A DNA stretch of 64,000 nucleotides from Sumerlaeia bacterium (GTDB lineage Bacteria > Sumerlaeota > Sumerlaeia > SLMS01 > JAHLLQ01): assembly GCA_040219255.1 (NCBI GenBank), contig JAVJSW010000068.1, positions 32,001 to 96,000 of the forward strand, given 5' to 3'. Positions 18,936 to 31,181 of the stretch are shown here, one piece after another (position 1 is the stretch's first letter; each line of letters starts with the position of its first letter). Made by a program: the position numbers and the translations under genes. Under the pieces are notes generated by a model. The model made no database searches. It saw only the letters and a program-made list of their open reading frames with translations, and was not told the DNA's origin.

Positions 18936-19199
18936 TTATTCACTTTGATGGCCAATCGACTCAAGGAGACGAGGGATGCTCAAGTCCTCGTCGATCAACG
19001 GCCAATGGATTCCATAGCCTCCCGGAGACAATTCCATCGCGGCACGCTCGGCATCCGAAGCGCTAGCCAAACGAGTGGAACACTCGGCCCAGGGAATGGA
19101 AACGGAGGCACCGTCTTTGAGATGCAATTCAAGGCAGTTGGCCGTGGCCGAGCAATTGGCTGCGAGGCTTGTGGGGGAAAGGCTGGCATTAGTCTTCAT
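18936..19199 (-). CDS. DUF2442 family antitoxin
   Basis: LHLKDGASVSIP...RLASAS...GYGIHWPLIDEDLSI. Confidence 0.85.
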   Translation of the reverse strand: MKTNASLSPTSLAANCSATANCLELHLKDGASVSIPWAECSTRLASASDAERAAMELSPGGYGIHWPLIDEDLSIPRLLESIGHQSE

Positions 19200-19443
19200 T
19201 GCCGAAGTACTCCTCCCAAGTTGTCACAATCAAATCAAAATGGTCGAAAAGAATTTTGCGAATCTCACGCCTCAATCTGAGCGTGAGATTGTGAGAGTAT
19301 TCTTCCGCCAGATCGTACTCGTCAACCAAGACCCAGAATTTGCACTCTGCGTCCCCTTTGCGTGCATGAACAGGGACGGGCTCATTTCCTTCGTTGCTGT
19401 AGAAGAAGACACGCCATCCAAGTAGAGTGAGGACTGTGGGCAT
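19189..19443 (-). CDS. DUF4160 family toxin
   Basis: MPTVL..GWRVFFYSNEGNEP..VH..KGDAECKFW...WEEYF. Overlaps the DUF2442 gene. Confidence 0.85.
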   Translation of the reverse strand: MPTVLTLLGWRVFFYSNEGNEPVPVHARKGDAECKFWVLVDEYDLAEEYSHNLTLRLRREIRKILFDHFDLIVTTWEEYFGNED

Positions 19444-19465
19444 TGTCTTACACCTCGCCCACAAC

Positions 19466-22050
<2,585 letters not shown>

Positions 22051-22259
22051 GGACTGCTCCTGGGCTGGATTTCTCTGAGCGAAATAAAAGCAAATCACCC
22101 CCTTGGCAGTCAAGCCCGAATTCGCTAAGGTTTCGCATCTTCTTCGCGGAGGCCCAACTCCCATGCCCGGCACCTACATCACCCCCCCGAGACTCTTGTC
22201 ACTTCAAGCGCCGATTTCGGCTTCCGCCCGCCCCGCGCCCTGCGCTAACCCCTCATCCC

Positions 22260-23432
22260 ATGCTGTCCTCGCTCCCCGCACCACTCTTCTTCGCGCTCAA
22301 CGCCTTTCTGGCCAGCGTCGCCTTGTGCGGGGCGTTCGTCTGGTTCTACAACCGGGCGCTCTGCCGCATGCACGAGAGCCTCATCAAGAAAGTCATGGCC
22401 CTCGTGCTCTTGCCCGGCGGGTGTTTGCTGGGGCTTTGGGTGGGGTGGATTCTTACCCGTGATCAAGCCACCACCGCCGCCGACCCTTGCGATTGTCCCT
22501 GGCTGGGGTACTTGCCAACTTGGGGAGCCTTCATCTGCCTTGCCTACGGAATAACCGGATTCCAGAAGTGGCGCCTCGCCCGCCCCTCCACCCTCGAACG
22601 CCTCCCGCCCTTCGAGCCCGGTATCAACTGGGCCGCCATGACGGGCTGGCGCGGGGTGTTGCTCAGGATTCTGGCGCCCATCAATGGCGTCACCCGGTTG
22701 CGGATTCATCGGCGCGAGCTGTGGATCGAGGACTTGCCCGCCGCCTTCGACGGCTACAAGATCGTCCACGTCACCGATTTCCACATCCACAAGACCCTGA
22801 CCTTCGACTGGTTCGACTACGTGGTTGATCGGGCCAACGGCGAGGCCCCGGATCTGATGCTCTATGGCGGCGATTTCATCAGCAAACCGCCCCACATCCC
22901 CGACATTCCCCGCGTCATGAGCCGCCTCTCGGCCCCCGACGGCGTGTGGTTTGTGCGCGGGAATCATGACTTCTGGCGCAGCCCCCACCGCATCACGCGC
23001 CTGGCGCGAGAGTCGGGCATGCGGCTCCTCGACAACCGCGCCGTCACCATCGCGCGCGGCGCCCAGGCCATCGCCCTCATAGGGATCGAAGATCCCTATG
23101 TTCGATTGAGACCGGAAGACTTACGCGAATTGTCCAGAGGCCTGCCGCCCGTCCGCATCGGCATGGTCCACGCCCCCGACGCCTTCGTCCAAGCCGAGGC
23201 TCTCGGGTGCCAGGTTGCCATCGCCGGCCACACCCACGGCGGTCAAATCCGCCTGCCATTCTTTGGCACCACCATCAGCAGCACCGCCGCCGGATCGCTC
23301 GTCGCCAGCGGCCCCGGCCGCGTCGGCGACATGCTCACCATCACCAGCAACGGCGCCGGGGCCTTCATGCCTCTCCGGGTGCTGTGTCCGCCGGAGATGG
23401 TGGTGCTGACGCTGAGGCGGGGGCGCGAGTAG
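22260..23432 (+). CDS. Membrane-anchored metallophosphoesterase (YkuE-like)
   Basis: TDFH, GGDF, GNHD, HAPD, AGHTHGGQIRLP; N-terminal TM segments. Confidence 0.9.
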   Translation: MLSSLPAPLFFALNAFLASVALCGAFVWFYNRALCRMHESLIKKVMALVLLPGGCLLGLWVGWILTRDQATTAADPCDCPWLGYLPTWGAFICLAYGITGFQKWRLARPSTLERLPPFEPGINWAAMTGWRGVLLRILAPINGVTRLRIHRRELWIEDLPAAFDGYKIVHVTDFHIHKTLTFDWFDYVVDRANGEAPDLMLYGGDFISKPPHIPDIPRVMSRLSAPDGVWFVRGNHDFWRSPHRITRLARESGMRLLDNRAVTIARGAQAIALIGIEDPYVRLRPEDLRELSRGLPPVRIGMVHAPDAFVQAEALGCQVAIAGHTHGGQIRLPFFGTTISSTAAGSLVASGPGRVGDMLTITSNGAGAFMPLRVLCPPEMVVLTLRRGRE

Positions 23433-23721
23433 AGGCGCCCCTCCGGCACCACAAGCCCAGCCCCAGCCCCGTCCCGATGCCCAGGCCCAGAACGATCAGG
23501 GCGCTCCACACGCTGGCGAAGCCGACCAGGGCGAGAACCAGATTATGGACGCCCCAGAGCAGCAGCAGGAGCGGCCCGGACAGGCCGAGGACAATAATCT
23601 CACGGCGGGCCAACTGTTTCGCGAGCCACCGCCTTCCCAGCTTCGCCGCCATCGGCGTCACCACCGCCATCACGGCCAGGCCAATCGTCAGAAAAGTGGT
23701 GTTCAACAAAATCGACAGCAC
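23365..23721 (-). CDS. Small hypothetical membrane protein
   Basis: Three hydrophobic segments. Its 3' end overlaps the convergent phosphoesterase gene. Confidence 0.55.
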   Translation of the reverse strand: MLSILLNTTFLTIGLAVMAVVTPMAAKLGRRWLAKQLARREIIVLGLSGPLLLLLWGVHNLVLALVGFASVWSALIVLGLGIGTGLGLGLWCRRGASTRAPASASAPPSPADTAPGEA

Positions 23722-23727
23722 GCGGTC

Positions 23728-24093
23728 CTAGTCCCAATACTTGCGATGAAAAAGCCGCTCGCCCAGCAGCGTCCAATTCGACGGCTGAAAACGCGGCGAA
23801 GGGAGTGAACTCCGCTTCTGTAAGAGACCCAAGCCAATTCCTTCGAACGTCGGCAGATTGACCCACTGGTAGCGGTCGCGCGCTTTCTCACCCAATTCCT
23901 GCATCAGAAACCGGGGCCCCCGCCATTTGCAGTTTTCGTCGTTCGTATCGTGCAGCAGGATCAACCCGTCCTCGCGCAGCCGCGCATCGATGGCCTCGAA
24001 GTCCGTCCAGGCACCTTCTCTCCAATAGTTGTGTCGTCGAGCGGGAATCGCCACGCGGCGCGCAGCCGTTTTATCAGATGGGGGCGGTGTCAT
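23728..24093 (-). pseudogene. C-terminal fragment of a class I SAM methyltransferase (Methyltransf_24-like)
   Basis: EGAWTDFEAIDARLREDGLILLHDT matches the post-IDGDH region; no N-terminal SAM-binding motif is present. Confidence 0.5.
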
Positions 24094-24199
24094 TTCCCTG
24101 AATCCCCTTGGCCTCCTCCCCGCCCCCGCGCTACACACGCGCCATTGAATGCTCCCGAGTTGGAGCGATCCGCCTAGCCATGCCCAGAGGACGCCACCG

Positions 24200-25162
24200 A
24201 TGACCACCCAAGCCTTCGATTTCGAGCAGCCCATCGTCGATCAGGAAGAAAAGCTCAAAGAGCTGCGGGCGCGCTCGGAAGACGGCGACGAACAGGCCCG
24301 CGCGGACCTCGAAGCGGGCGAGGCGGAGTTGACGCGAATCAAGGAAGAGGTCTATGCGGGCCTGACCCCTTGGCAGCGCGTGCTCTTCGCGCGCCATAAG
24401 GATCGCCCCCGCGCCCCCGATTTTATCGCGGGCCTCTGCACCGAATTCATCGAACTCCACGGCGACCGCAATTTCGGCGACGATCAGGCCGTCATCACCG
24501 GCACGGCCCGTTTCCGGGGCCAGGCCGTCGCCGTCATCGGCCAGGCCAAAGGCAAGGACACGCGCGAGAACGTGACGCGCAATTTCGGCATGATGCACCC
24601 CGAGGGTTATCGCAAAGCCCTGCGTGTGATGCGTCTCGCCCACAAATTCAAGATGCCGATCCTGATTTTCGTCGATACCCCCGGCGCCTATCCGGGCCTC
24701 GGCGCCGAAGAGCGCGGCCAAGCGGAAGCCATCGCCTACAACATTCAGGAAATGATGGGCCTGGAAGTGCCCATCGTCATGACCGTCATCGGCGAAGGCG
24801 CCAGCGGCGGCGCCCTCGGCGTGGGTCTGGCGGACCGCGTGCTGATGCTGGAAAACGCCTGGTACTGCGTGATTTCGCCGGAGGGCTGCGCCGCCATTCT
24901 CTTCCGCGACGCCAGCCACGCCCCCCGCGCGGCGGAGGTCCTCAAGCTCACCGCCAGCGACCTGCTCGACCTCGGCGTCATCGACGAAATCATTCCCGAA
25001 CCCCTCGGCGGCGCCCACCGCCACCCCCAGCAAGCCTTTGCCAACGTGGGCGACGCGATCGAGAAAAACCTGAAAGACCTGGGCGCGCTGAAACTGGAGA
25101 AGCTGATCGACGAGCGCTTCGAAAAATTCCGCCGCATGGGGACCTACCGCGAGCTGGAGTGA
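24200..25162 (+). CDS. accA: Acetyl-CoA carboxylase carboxyltransferase alpha subunit
   Basis: ELHGDRNFGDD, PEGYRKALR, DTPGAYPG..AEERGQ, VISPEGCAAIL. Confidence 0.97.
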   Translation: MTTQAFDFEQPIVDQEEKLKELRARSEDGDEQARADLEAGEAELTRIKEEVYAGLTPWQRVLFARHKDRPRAPDFIAGLCTEFIELHGDRNFGDDQAVITGTARFRGQAVAVIGQAKGKDTRENVTRNFGMMHPEGYRKALRVMRLAHKFKMPILIFVDTPGAYPGLGAEERGQAEAIAYNIQEMMGLEVPIVMTVIGEGASGGALGVGLADRVLMLENAWYCVISPEGCAAILFRDASHAPRAAEVLKLTASDLLDLGVIDEIIPEPLGGAHRHPQQAFANVGDAIEKNLKDLGALKLEKLIDERFEKFRRMGTYRELE

Positions 25163-25364
25163 GACCCGCGGGTCAGGAACCCCCCACCGGGACTTCGCGC
25201 CCCGAAGCGACGGCCGCCTCCCCGTCTCCCCCCTGGTTCTTCGAGTATTCAGCGGGGTGGCTGGAATGCCCCCCCTCGGCGCTTGACCACCCGGCGCCGG
25301 TTTGCGCACACTCCCCGTCTCATCATTCCCCGCCCGAGGATCGAGCATCACCGTGACCGCCACC

Positions 25365-26819
25365 ATGACCGAATACGAAGCGATTATTGGATTCGAGGTC
25401 CACACCGAACTGAAGACCGAGTCCAAGATGTGGTGCGGCTGTCCCACCACCTTCGGCCAACCCACCAACACCCAGGTCTGCCCCGTCTGCCTCGGCATGC
25501 CGGGCTCGCTGCCGGTCATCAATCGGAAAGCCTACGAAATCGCCCTCGGCGTGGCGCTGGCGCTGAACTGCAAGATTCCCGAGCGCATGTCCTTCGACCG
25601 CAAGAACTACTACTATCCGGACCTGCCGAAGAACTACCAGATCAGCCAGGAGTACGAACCGCTGGGCCGCGATGGGCGCTTCGAATTCACCATGCCCGAT
25701 GGCTCGATTCATTCCGTCGGCATCCACAACATCCACCTGGAAGAAGACGCCGGCAAGAACATCCACCCCGAAGGCCGCGCCCACGTCGATTACTCGCTGG
25801 TCGATCTGAACCGCGCTGGCACGCCGCTGCTCGAAATCGTCTCGACCCCCGACATCCGCACCAAGGAAGAGGCCGAAGGCTTCATGCGCGGCATGAAGGC
25901 CCTCCTGGAGTACCTCGACGCCTCGGAAGCCAAAATGCAGGAAGGCCGCCTGCGCTTCGAACTCAACATCTCCATGCGGCCCAAGGGCACCGACATCCTC
26001 AATCCCCGCATCGAGGTCAAAAACCTCAACTCCATCTCCACTGTGCTCAAGTGCATCGACGCGGAAATCGAGCGCCAGGGCGAAGTGTACGCCAACGGCG
26101 GCACCGTCGATCCGGAAACCCGCCTCTGGGACGAAGCCAAATTCGAAACCCGCGCCATGCGCAGCAAAGAAACCAGCTTCGACTACCGCTACTTTCCCGA
26201 GCCCGACCTTGTGGACATCGAGATCACCGAAGACATGCGCCGCCGCGTGCGGGACTCGCTGCCCGAACTGCCCGCCGCCAAGCTCCGCCGCTTCGTCGAG
26301 GACTACGGCCTCTCCGAATACGATGCGGGCGTCCTGACGGGAACCCTCGCCATGGCGGAGTACTACGAATCCGCCGTCCGCGCCCACAACAACCCCAAGG
26401 CCATCGCCAACTGGGTGACGAACGAAATGGCCCGCCGGCTGAACGAAATGGGCGAGGACGCCACCGCCGCCGACTTTCCCGTGAAGCCGGGCGCTCTGGC
26501 CGAACTCGTCCAGATGATCGACGACGGCGCCATCACCAGCAAAATCGCCAAGGACGTCTATCCCCTCATGCTCGAGGAAGGCAAAATGCCATCCGCGATC
26601 GTGGAGGAAAAGGGCCTCAAGCCCATGGACGACAGCGCGCTCGGCCCGATCATCGACGACGTGATCGCCAAAAACGAGAAGATGGCCGCCGACGTCCGAG
26701 CCGGCAAAATGAAAGCCATCGGCGGCCTGATGGGCCAAGTCATGAAAGCCACCGGCGGCAAAGCCAACCCGAAGACCGTGCAGGACGAATTGAAGAAGCG
26801 GCTGGCCCCGGAAGCATGA
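25365..26819 (+). CDS. gatB: Asp/Glu-tRNA amidotransferase subunit B
   Basis: IGFEVH, FDRKNYYYPDLPKNYQISQ, DLNRAGTPLLEIV, YRYFPEPDL. Confidence 0.97.
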   Translation: MTEYEAIIGFEVHTELKTESKMWCGCPTTFGQPTNTQVCPVCLGMPGSLPVINRKAYEIALGVALALNCKIPERMSFDRKNYYYPDLPKNYQISQEYEPLGRDGRFEFTMPDGSIHSVGIHNIHLEEDAGKNIHPEGRAHVDYSLVDLNRAGTPLLEIVSTPDIRTKEEAEGFMRGMKALLEYLDASEAKMQEGRLRFELNISMRPKGTDILNPRIEVKNLNSISTVLKCIDAEIERQGEVYANGGTVDPETRLWDEAKFETRAMRSKETSFDYRYFPEPDLVDIEITEDMRRRVRDSLPELPAAKLRRFVEDYGLSEYDAGVLTGTLAMAEYYESAVRAHNNPKAIANWVTNEMARRLNEMGEDATAADFPVKPGALAELVQMIDDGAITSKIAKDVYPLMLEEGKMPSAIVEEKGLKPMDDSALGPIIDDVIAKNEKMAADVRAGKMKAIGGLMGQVMKATGGKANPKTVQDELKKRLAPEA

Positions 26820-27589
26820 CCAAGCCCGCACTCCTCCTCGCCCGCCTCGATGCCATCGCCGCCTCCCTCGCCGCGCGGCCGGATGCTTTAGCGTTGCTGG
26901 GGTTGGGCTCCGTGGGGCGGGAACGTGAACGGCTCGACGCCTACTCCGACCTCGATTTTTTTGTCCTCGTGTCGGAGGGCGCGAAGGGGCGTTACGTCCA
27001 AAACCTCGATTGGCTCACAGAGATCCGCCCCGTCGTGTTCCAGTTTCAGAACACCGCCGATGGGTACAAGCTGCTCTTTGACGATGGCGTGTTTTGTGAA
27101 TTCGCGGTCTTCGAATTGTCTGAACTCGGCCAAATTCCCTATTCTCCCGGGCACATCGTCTGGAAACGCGAAGAGGTACCGGACAGTGTCGCCACGCCGG
27201 CCGTGCCCATGCCCGCGCCGCCCGCCAAGCCCGATGTGGACTGGGCTTTGGGCGAAGCGTTGACCAATCTTTATGTCGGTTTGGGGCGTTACCGGCGCGG
27301 CGAGAAACTCTCGGCGTTCAAGTTCGTGCAGAGCTACGCGCTGGATCGCGTGGTGGACCTGGCGAATATCGTTTTCGCGGAAAACGACGCCGCCCAGCGC
27401 GACCGCTTCGACCGCGAGCGCCGCATCGAGGCGCGCCTCCCCGGCGTCGAGGACCTGCTCGCCTCGCTGGCCCTCGGCTACGCCCGCACCCCCGAAGCGG
27501 CCTTGGCGATCCTGGACTTCCTCGAAGCCCGCTTCGAGGTCAACGCGGCGCTCGCGGAGGAAATCCGGCGCCTGGCGAACTCCACTTAA
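26816..27589 (+). CDS. Pol-beta-type nucleotidyltransferase (LinB/LnuF-like)
   Basis: LGLGSVG...DAYSDLDFF, DGYKLLFDDGVFCEFAVF, RGEKLSA. ATGA overlap with gatB. Confidence 0.75.
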   Translation: MTKPALLLARLDAIAASLAARPDALALLGLGSVGRERERLDAYSDLDFFVLVSEGAKGRYVQNLDWLTEIRPVVFQFQNTADGYKLLFDDGVFCEFAVFELSELGQIPYSPGHIVWKREEVPDSVATPAVPMPAPPAKPDVDWALGEALTNLYVGLGRYRRGEKLSAFKFVQSYALDRVVDLANIVFAENDAAQRDRFDRERRIEARLPGVEDLLASLALGYARTPEAALAILDFLEARFEVNAALAEEIRRLANST

Positions 27590-27606
27590 CCCTATGACAG
27601 GTCCGT

Positions 27607-27629
27607 GTGGCACGAGTGTCCCGCCCGTG
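27607..27629. repeat. REP-like palindromic repeat (family C)
   Basis: gtggcacgagtgtcccgcccgtg, similar to 63853-63879. Confidence 0.55.
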
Positions 27630-27749
27630 TCCGGCGGCGGTTTCTCTCAAAGAACCCACTCCGCGCCTGCTCTGTGAAGAGCCGCCGTCCGCCCACGGAA
27701 TCAAGCGTGGGCGGACGGGTGGCTGGTCTCGGGCGGAAGGACCGCCGCC

Positions 27750-29237
27750 TTACTCCGTCATCGCCTCGCGCATCATCTCGCCCCACACCGCGTAGCCGTC
27801 GCGGTTCATGTGGAGGCCGTCGGTGGTGAGGTCTTCGGGCAGGAGGCCGTCTTCGCCGACCAACGCTTTCCAGACATCGACGACCGGGAAGCCTTTTTCT
27901 TTGGCGAGGTTTTTCAGCTCTTCGTTGTAGGCGCGGGTGGCGTCGGCCAGATGGGCGTAGCGGCCGCTCACCGGGGCGCAGGTCACGACGTGGATCTTCG
28001 TGTCCGGCAGGTTGGCCCGTAGCGCTGTCAGGATTTCGTCGTATTCCTCGATCATGCGGGCGATGGAGGGCTCGCCGCCCTGGGCGCGCACGCCAAGGTC
28101 GTTGCGGCCGTTCTTGATAAAGAGGAAGTCCGGCGCGATGTCGAAGGCGCTGGCGTTGAGCCGGTGCGAGACCCCCCGGCTGGTGATGCCGAGCCGGTCG
28201 GCGGAAATGCCCCGGTCGAAGACGCGATAGCCATAATCGGTCAGAAATTCCTCAGGGAAACCCTCCGCGCTCGAGGAGCCGAGCAGCACCACGGTGGGGC
28301 TGCTGGCGATGTCGGCGTCCAGTTCCCACTGGGCGTTCTCGTCCACGAACCGGTTCATGCGGGCGTAGTAGTGGTTGAACCACTTGGGCGCGTTGGCGTC
28401 GGCGGCCAGCAGGTTGGCCTGGTGGAAATTGAGGTGCTGGGGCAGGTGCTCCCGCCAGTAATCCCAGGTGTGGCCGCCGGGGAATTCGCGCCAGATGTGG
28501 GGCACGCCCAGGTCCGTCAGGCGGTCGTGGAACTGGCGGTTGTCGCCGATGGCGGCAGTGTCGCTGGTGCCGCTGTCAAAGAGCAGGGCGATGTCCGTGT
28601 CCTGGAACGCGGGGGCGAGGTGCCAGGCCGAGTTGTCCTCCCAGGACTCGGTGTTTTCCTCATAGCTGCCCAGCCGGCCCAGCATGTGCCATTTGTCCGG
28701 GTGGTTCGTGATGTTCAGGATGCCCGACAGTGATGACGCCGACGCGAAGGTGTCCGGGTGTTTCGCGGCGAGGGTCATGGCGCCGTGGCCGCCCATGCTC
28801 AGGCCCATGATGCCGCGGCCTTCGCGCGTGCCGGTCGTGGGGAACATGCGGTCGATCAGGGGGATCAGCTCGCCGATCATGTACGACTCGTATTGAGAGT
28901 CCTTCTCGATGGGGCTGTCGAGGTACCAGCCGAATTCCCCGCCGTCGGGAAAGACCAGGATCAGGCGATAGTCGGCGGCGCGCTCGATGATGTCGGTTTG
29001 CGAGGGCCAATCGCGGTTCGACCCCCATGCGCCATGCAGTACGTAGAGCACCGGCATGGGCTTTTCGTCCGTGGCCGAGGCGGGCAGATAGACCTCGAAG
29101 GTTTGCTCGCGCTGCAGGGCGGGGCTGTAGTGGTTGATGATAAGGTGTTCAGGCGTCTGGGTCTGCGCCGCGACCCAGTTGGCCGCGAGGACGAACGCGC
29201 AGAGGAGACTGAGAAAGTGAGGGCGATACGTGATCAT
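27750..29237 (-). CDS. Secreted alpha/beta esterase fused to an SGNH hydrolase domain
   Basis: LYVLHG, GLSMGG and GGHTW, followed by LLGSSS, RGISAD, GRND and DGLH; signal peptide. Confidence 0.85.
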   Translation of the reverse strand: MITYRPHFLSLLCAFVLAANWVAAQTQTPEHLIINHYSPALQREQTFEVYLPASATDEKPMPVLYVLHGAWGSNRDWPSQTDIIERAADYRLILVFPDGGEFGWYLDSPIEKDSQYESYMIGELIPLIDRMFPTTGTREGRGIMGLSMGGHGAMTLAAKHPDTFASASSLSGILNITNHPDKWHMLGRLGSYEENTESWEDNSAWHLAPAFQDTDIALLFDSGTSDTAAIGDNRQFHDRLTDLGVPHIWREFPGGHTWDYWREHLPQHLNFHQANLLAADANAPKWFNHYYARMNRFVDENAQWELDADIASSPTVVLLGSSSAEGFPEEFLTDYGYRVFDRGISADRLGITSRGVSHRLNASAFDIAPDFLFIKNGRNDLGVRAQGGEPSIARMIEEYDEILTALRANLPDTKIHVVTCAPVSGRYAHLADATRAYNEELKNLAKEKGFPVVDVWKALVGEDGLLPEDLTTDGLHMNRDGYAVWGEMMREAMTE

Positions 29238-29353
29238 GAATAAGCGTCCCGAATTTTGAGGGATTTTGTATGCAACTGATTGCATGAGGAATTCCAGAGC
29301 GCAAGCCCAGCCACTCTCTGGATTCTCCGAAAATCACCGCTGGGGCGCTGGGA

Positions 29354-29487
29354 TGGTTGGTCGAGGGAATTGCCACGGATGGGCACGGATATGCTTTCGA
29401 TTTCTTTGTTCAGACAGACAACCACTCCCAGCCGCCGGAAACAAGGGTCCGTAAACCATCCGAATCCAATCTGTGAAAATCCGTGGC
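29354..29487 (+). repeat. MITE/REP-like element with GCCACGGAT/ATCCGTGGC inverted ends (family A, copy 1)
   Basis: Aligns by eye with the reverse complement of 38504-38631. Confidence 0.7.
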
Positions 29488-29568
29488 CACCATTCCTCAC
29501 CTTGCGTTGACGGCACGACTTCACGAGGCATGCTGTCCTCCTGGATCGCCATTCCGGGGACCGACGCC

Positions 29569-30411
29569 ATGCCGCTCCGCTTCGCCTATCGCACGTGCGC
29601 CTGCGCGCTTCATCGGCTCGAGGACGCCCTCGAACTGATCGCCGAAGCGGATTACGACGGCGTTTGCCTTTGCGTCGATTTTCCCCACTTCGATCCCTTC
29701 GCCGATCACTTCGAGGGCCGGGCGCGGGCGCTGGCGATGCGGCTCGAGACGCTGGGCCTGGCGCTGGTGATCGAGGCCCGGCAGCGCTTTCTGCTGAACC
29801 CCGCCGCGCCCTTCGAACCGACCCTGATTTCCGCTGAATCGCCCGGCCGCAGCACCGCCCAACGTTATCTGGCCCGTTGCCTGAAACTGGCGGCCTTGAT
29901 CCGCGCCGAGGGGGTGCGGGTCGCGTCCGGCGTGGTGCCGCCCGGGATGCCGCCGGAGGAGGCGCGGGTGCTGCTGGCCGAGAACTTCGAAACCATGATG
30001 GCCGCCGCCCGCCGCGGCCGGATCAAGGTTTCCGTCATGCCGGAAGCGGGCGCCCTGATCGACTCGGTCGAACAGTGGAAATGGCTCGAGAAAGCCGCCC
30101 GGGGCCATTCGCTCGCCTTCGATGTGGCGCTGGCGCACGCCACGGACGAGCACGCGCCGGAGGAAACGATTTGCGAGCTGGCGCCCCGTATCGGCTCGGT
30201 CACGCTGGCCGACAGCCTCCACGGCAACCCGGAGGCCCTGCCGCCCGGCCAAGGCGGGGCGGATCTAGTGGCAGTGCTGGCGGCGCTGGAGGAAATCGGC
30301 TTCGGCGGCCTGGTATGCGTAGGGCTTTCTTCCCAGAGCGAAACCGCCCACCGCGCCATTCCGGAGACACTGAGGATGCTGAAATCGCTCCAGCGGCGCA
30401 GCGACCAGTAG
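29569..30411 (+). CDS. Xylose-isomerase-like TIM-barrel protein (sugar-phosphate isomerase/epimerase family), degenerate
   Basis: HRLEDAL..YDGV..D..HFDPF, PTLIS, LPPGQGGADL..VLAALEEIGFGG. Confidence 0.7.
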   Translation: MPLRFAYRTCACALHRLEDALELIAEADYDGVCLCVDFPHFDPFADHFEGRARALAMRLETLGLALVIEARQRFLLNPAAPFEPTLISAESPGRSTAQRYLARCLKLAALIRAEGVRVASGVVPPGMPPEEARVLLAENFETMMAAARRGRIKVSVMPEAGALIDSVEQWKWLEKAARGHSLAFDVALAHATDEHAPEETICELAPRIGSVTLADSLHGNPEALPPGQGGADLVAVLAALEEIGFGGLVCVGLSSQSETAHRAIPETLRMLKSLQRRSDQ

Positions 30412-30449
30412 CGGCGGCTCTTCGCACGGAGACCTCAGACCCACCCATC

Positions 30450-31160
30450 ATGCCCTTCCTGACCGCCGACTGGCGCCACATTCTCCTCATCACCTACGAG
30501 GTCGCGCCCGATCGCCTCGCGCCCTACTGTCCCCAGGGCGTTGAGCCCGAGATCGCTCGCGGCGGCCGGGCCTATTGCAGCCTGGTGGCCTTCGACTTCC
30601 TCAACACGCGGGTGCTGGGTGTGAAATGGCCGGGCCACGTGAACTTTCCCGAATTCAACCTGCGGTTCTATGTCACCTCCAACGGCCAGCGCGGCGTCGT
30701 TTTCGTGCGCGAGTTGGTGCCCCAGCCGATCACCTGTGCCATGGCGCGCGTGCTCTATAACGAACCCTATTCTCCCGCCCGCTTCCGGCGGCGCCTCGAC
30801 CGCGAGGCTGGACTCATCAAGTACAGCCACGACGTCATCTTGCGCGGCACGACCCATCACGTTTCCGTCGAAGCGGAGGACGCGCCCTTCGAACCCGCGC
30901 CGGACAGCGCCGAGCACTTCTTCAAGGAGCAAAGCTGGGGCTTCGGCCAACGGCGTAGCGGCACGCCCCTGGCCTATCGTGTGGATCATCCGACTTGGCG
31001 CGTGTACCCGGTCCGGAGCTGGAGCTCCCGCGTCGATTGGGGCGCTCTTTACGGCCCGGCCTGGGTGGACATGGCGGGTGCTGAGCCAGAAAACGTGACC
31101 TTTGCCGAGGGCTCCGCCGTCACCGTTTCGCCCTGGCGAGGTTTGCCGGGGAAGGCATGA
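30450..31160 (+). CDS. DUF2071 (YqjF-like) protein
   Basis: FLTADWRH, SLVAFDF, NFPEFNLRFYV, YRVDHPTW. Confidence 0.85.
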   Translation: MPFLTADWRHILLITYEVAPDRLAPYCPQGVEPEIARGGRAYCSLVAFDFLNTRVLGVKWPGHVNFPEFNLRFYVTSNGQRGVVFVRELVPQPITCAMARVLYNEPYSPARFRRRLDREAGLIKYSHDVILRGTTHHVSVEAEDAPFEPAPDSAEHFFKEQSWGFGQRRSGTPLAYRVDHPTWRVYPVRSWSSRVDWGALYGPAWVDMAGAEPENVTFAEGSAVTVSPWRGLPGKA

Positions 31161-31181
31161 TCCGCCGCAACACCTCGCCGG

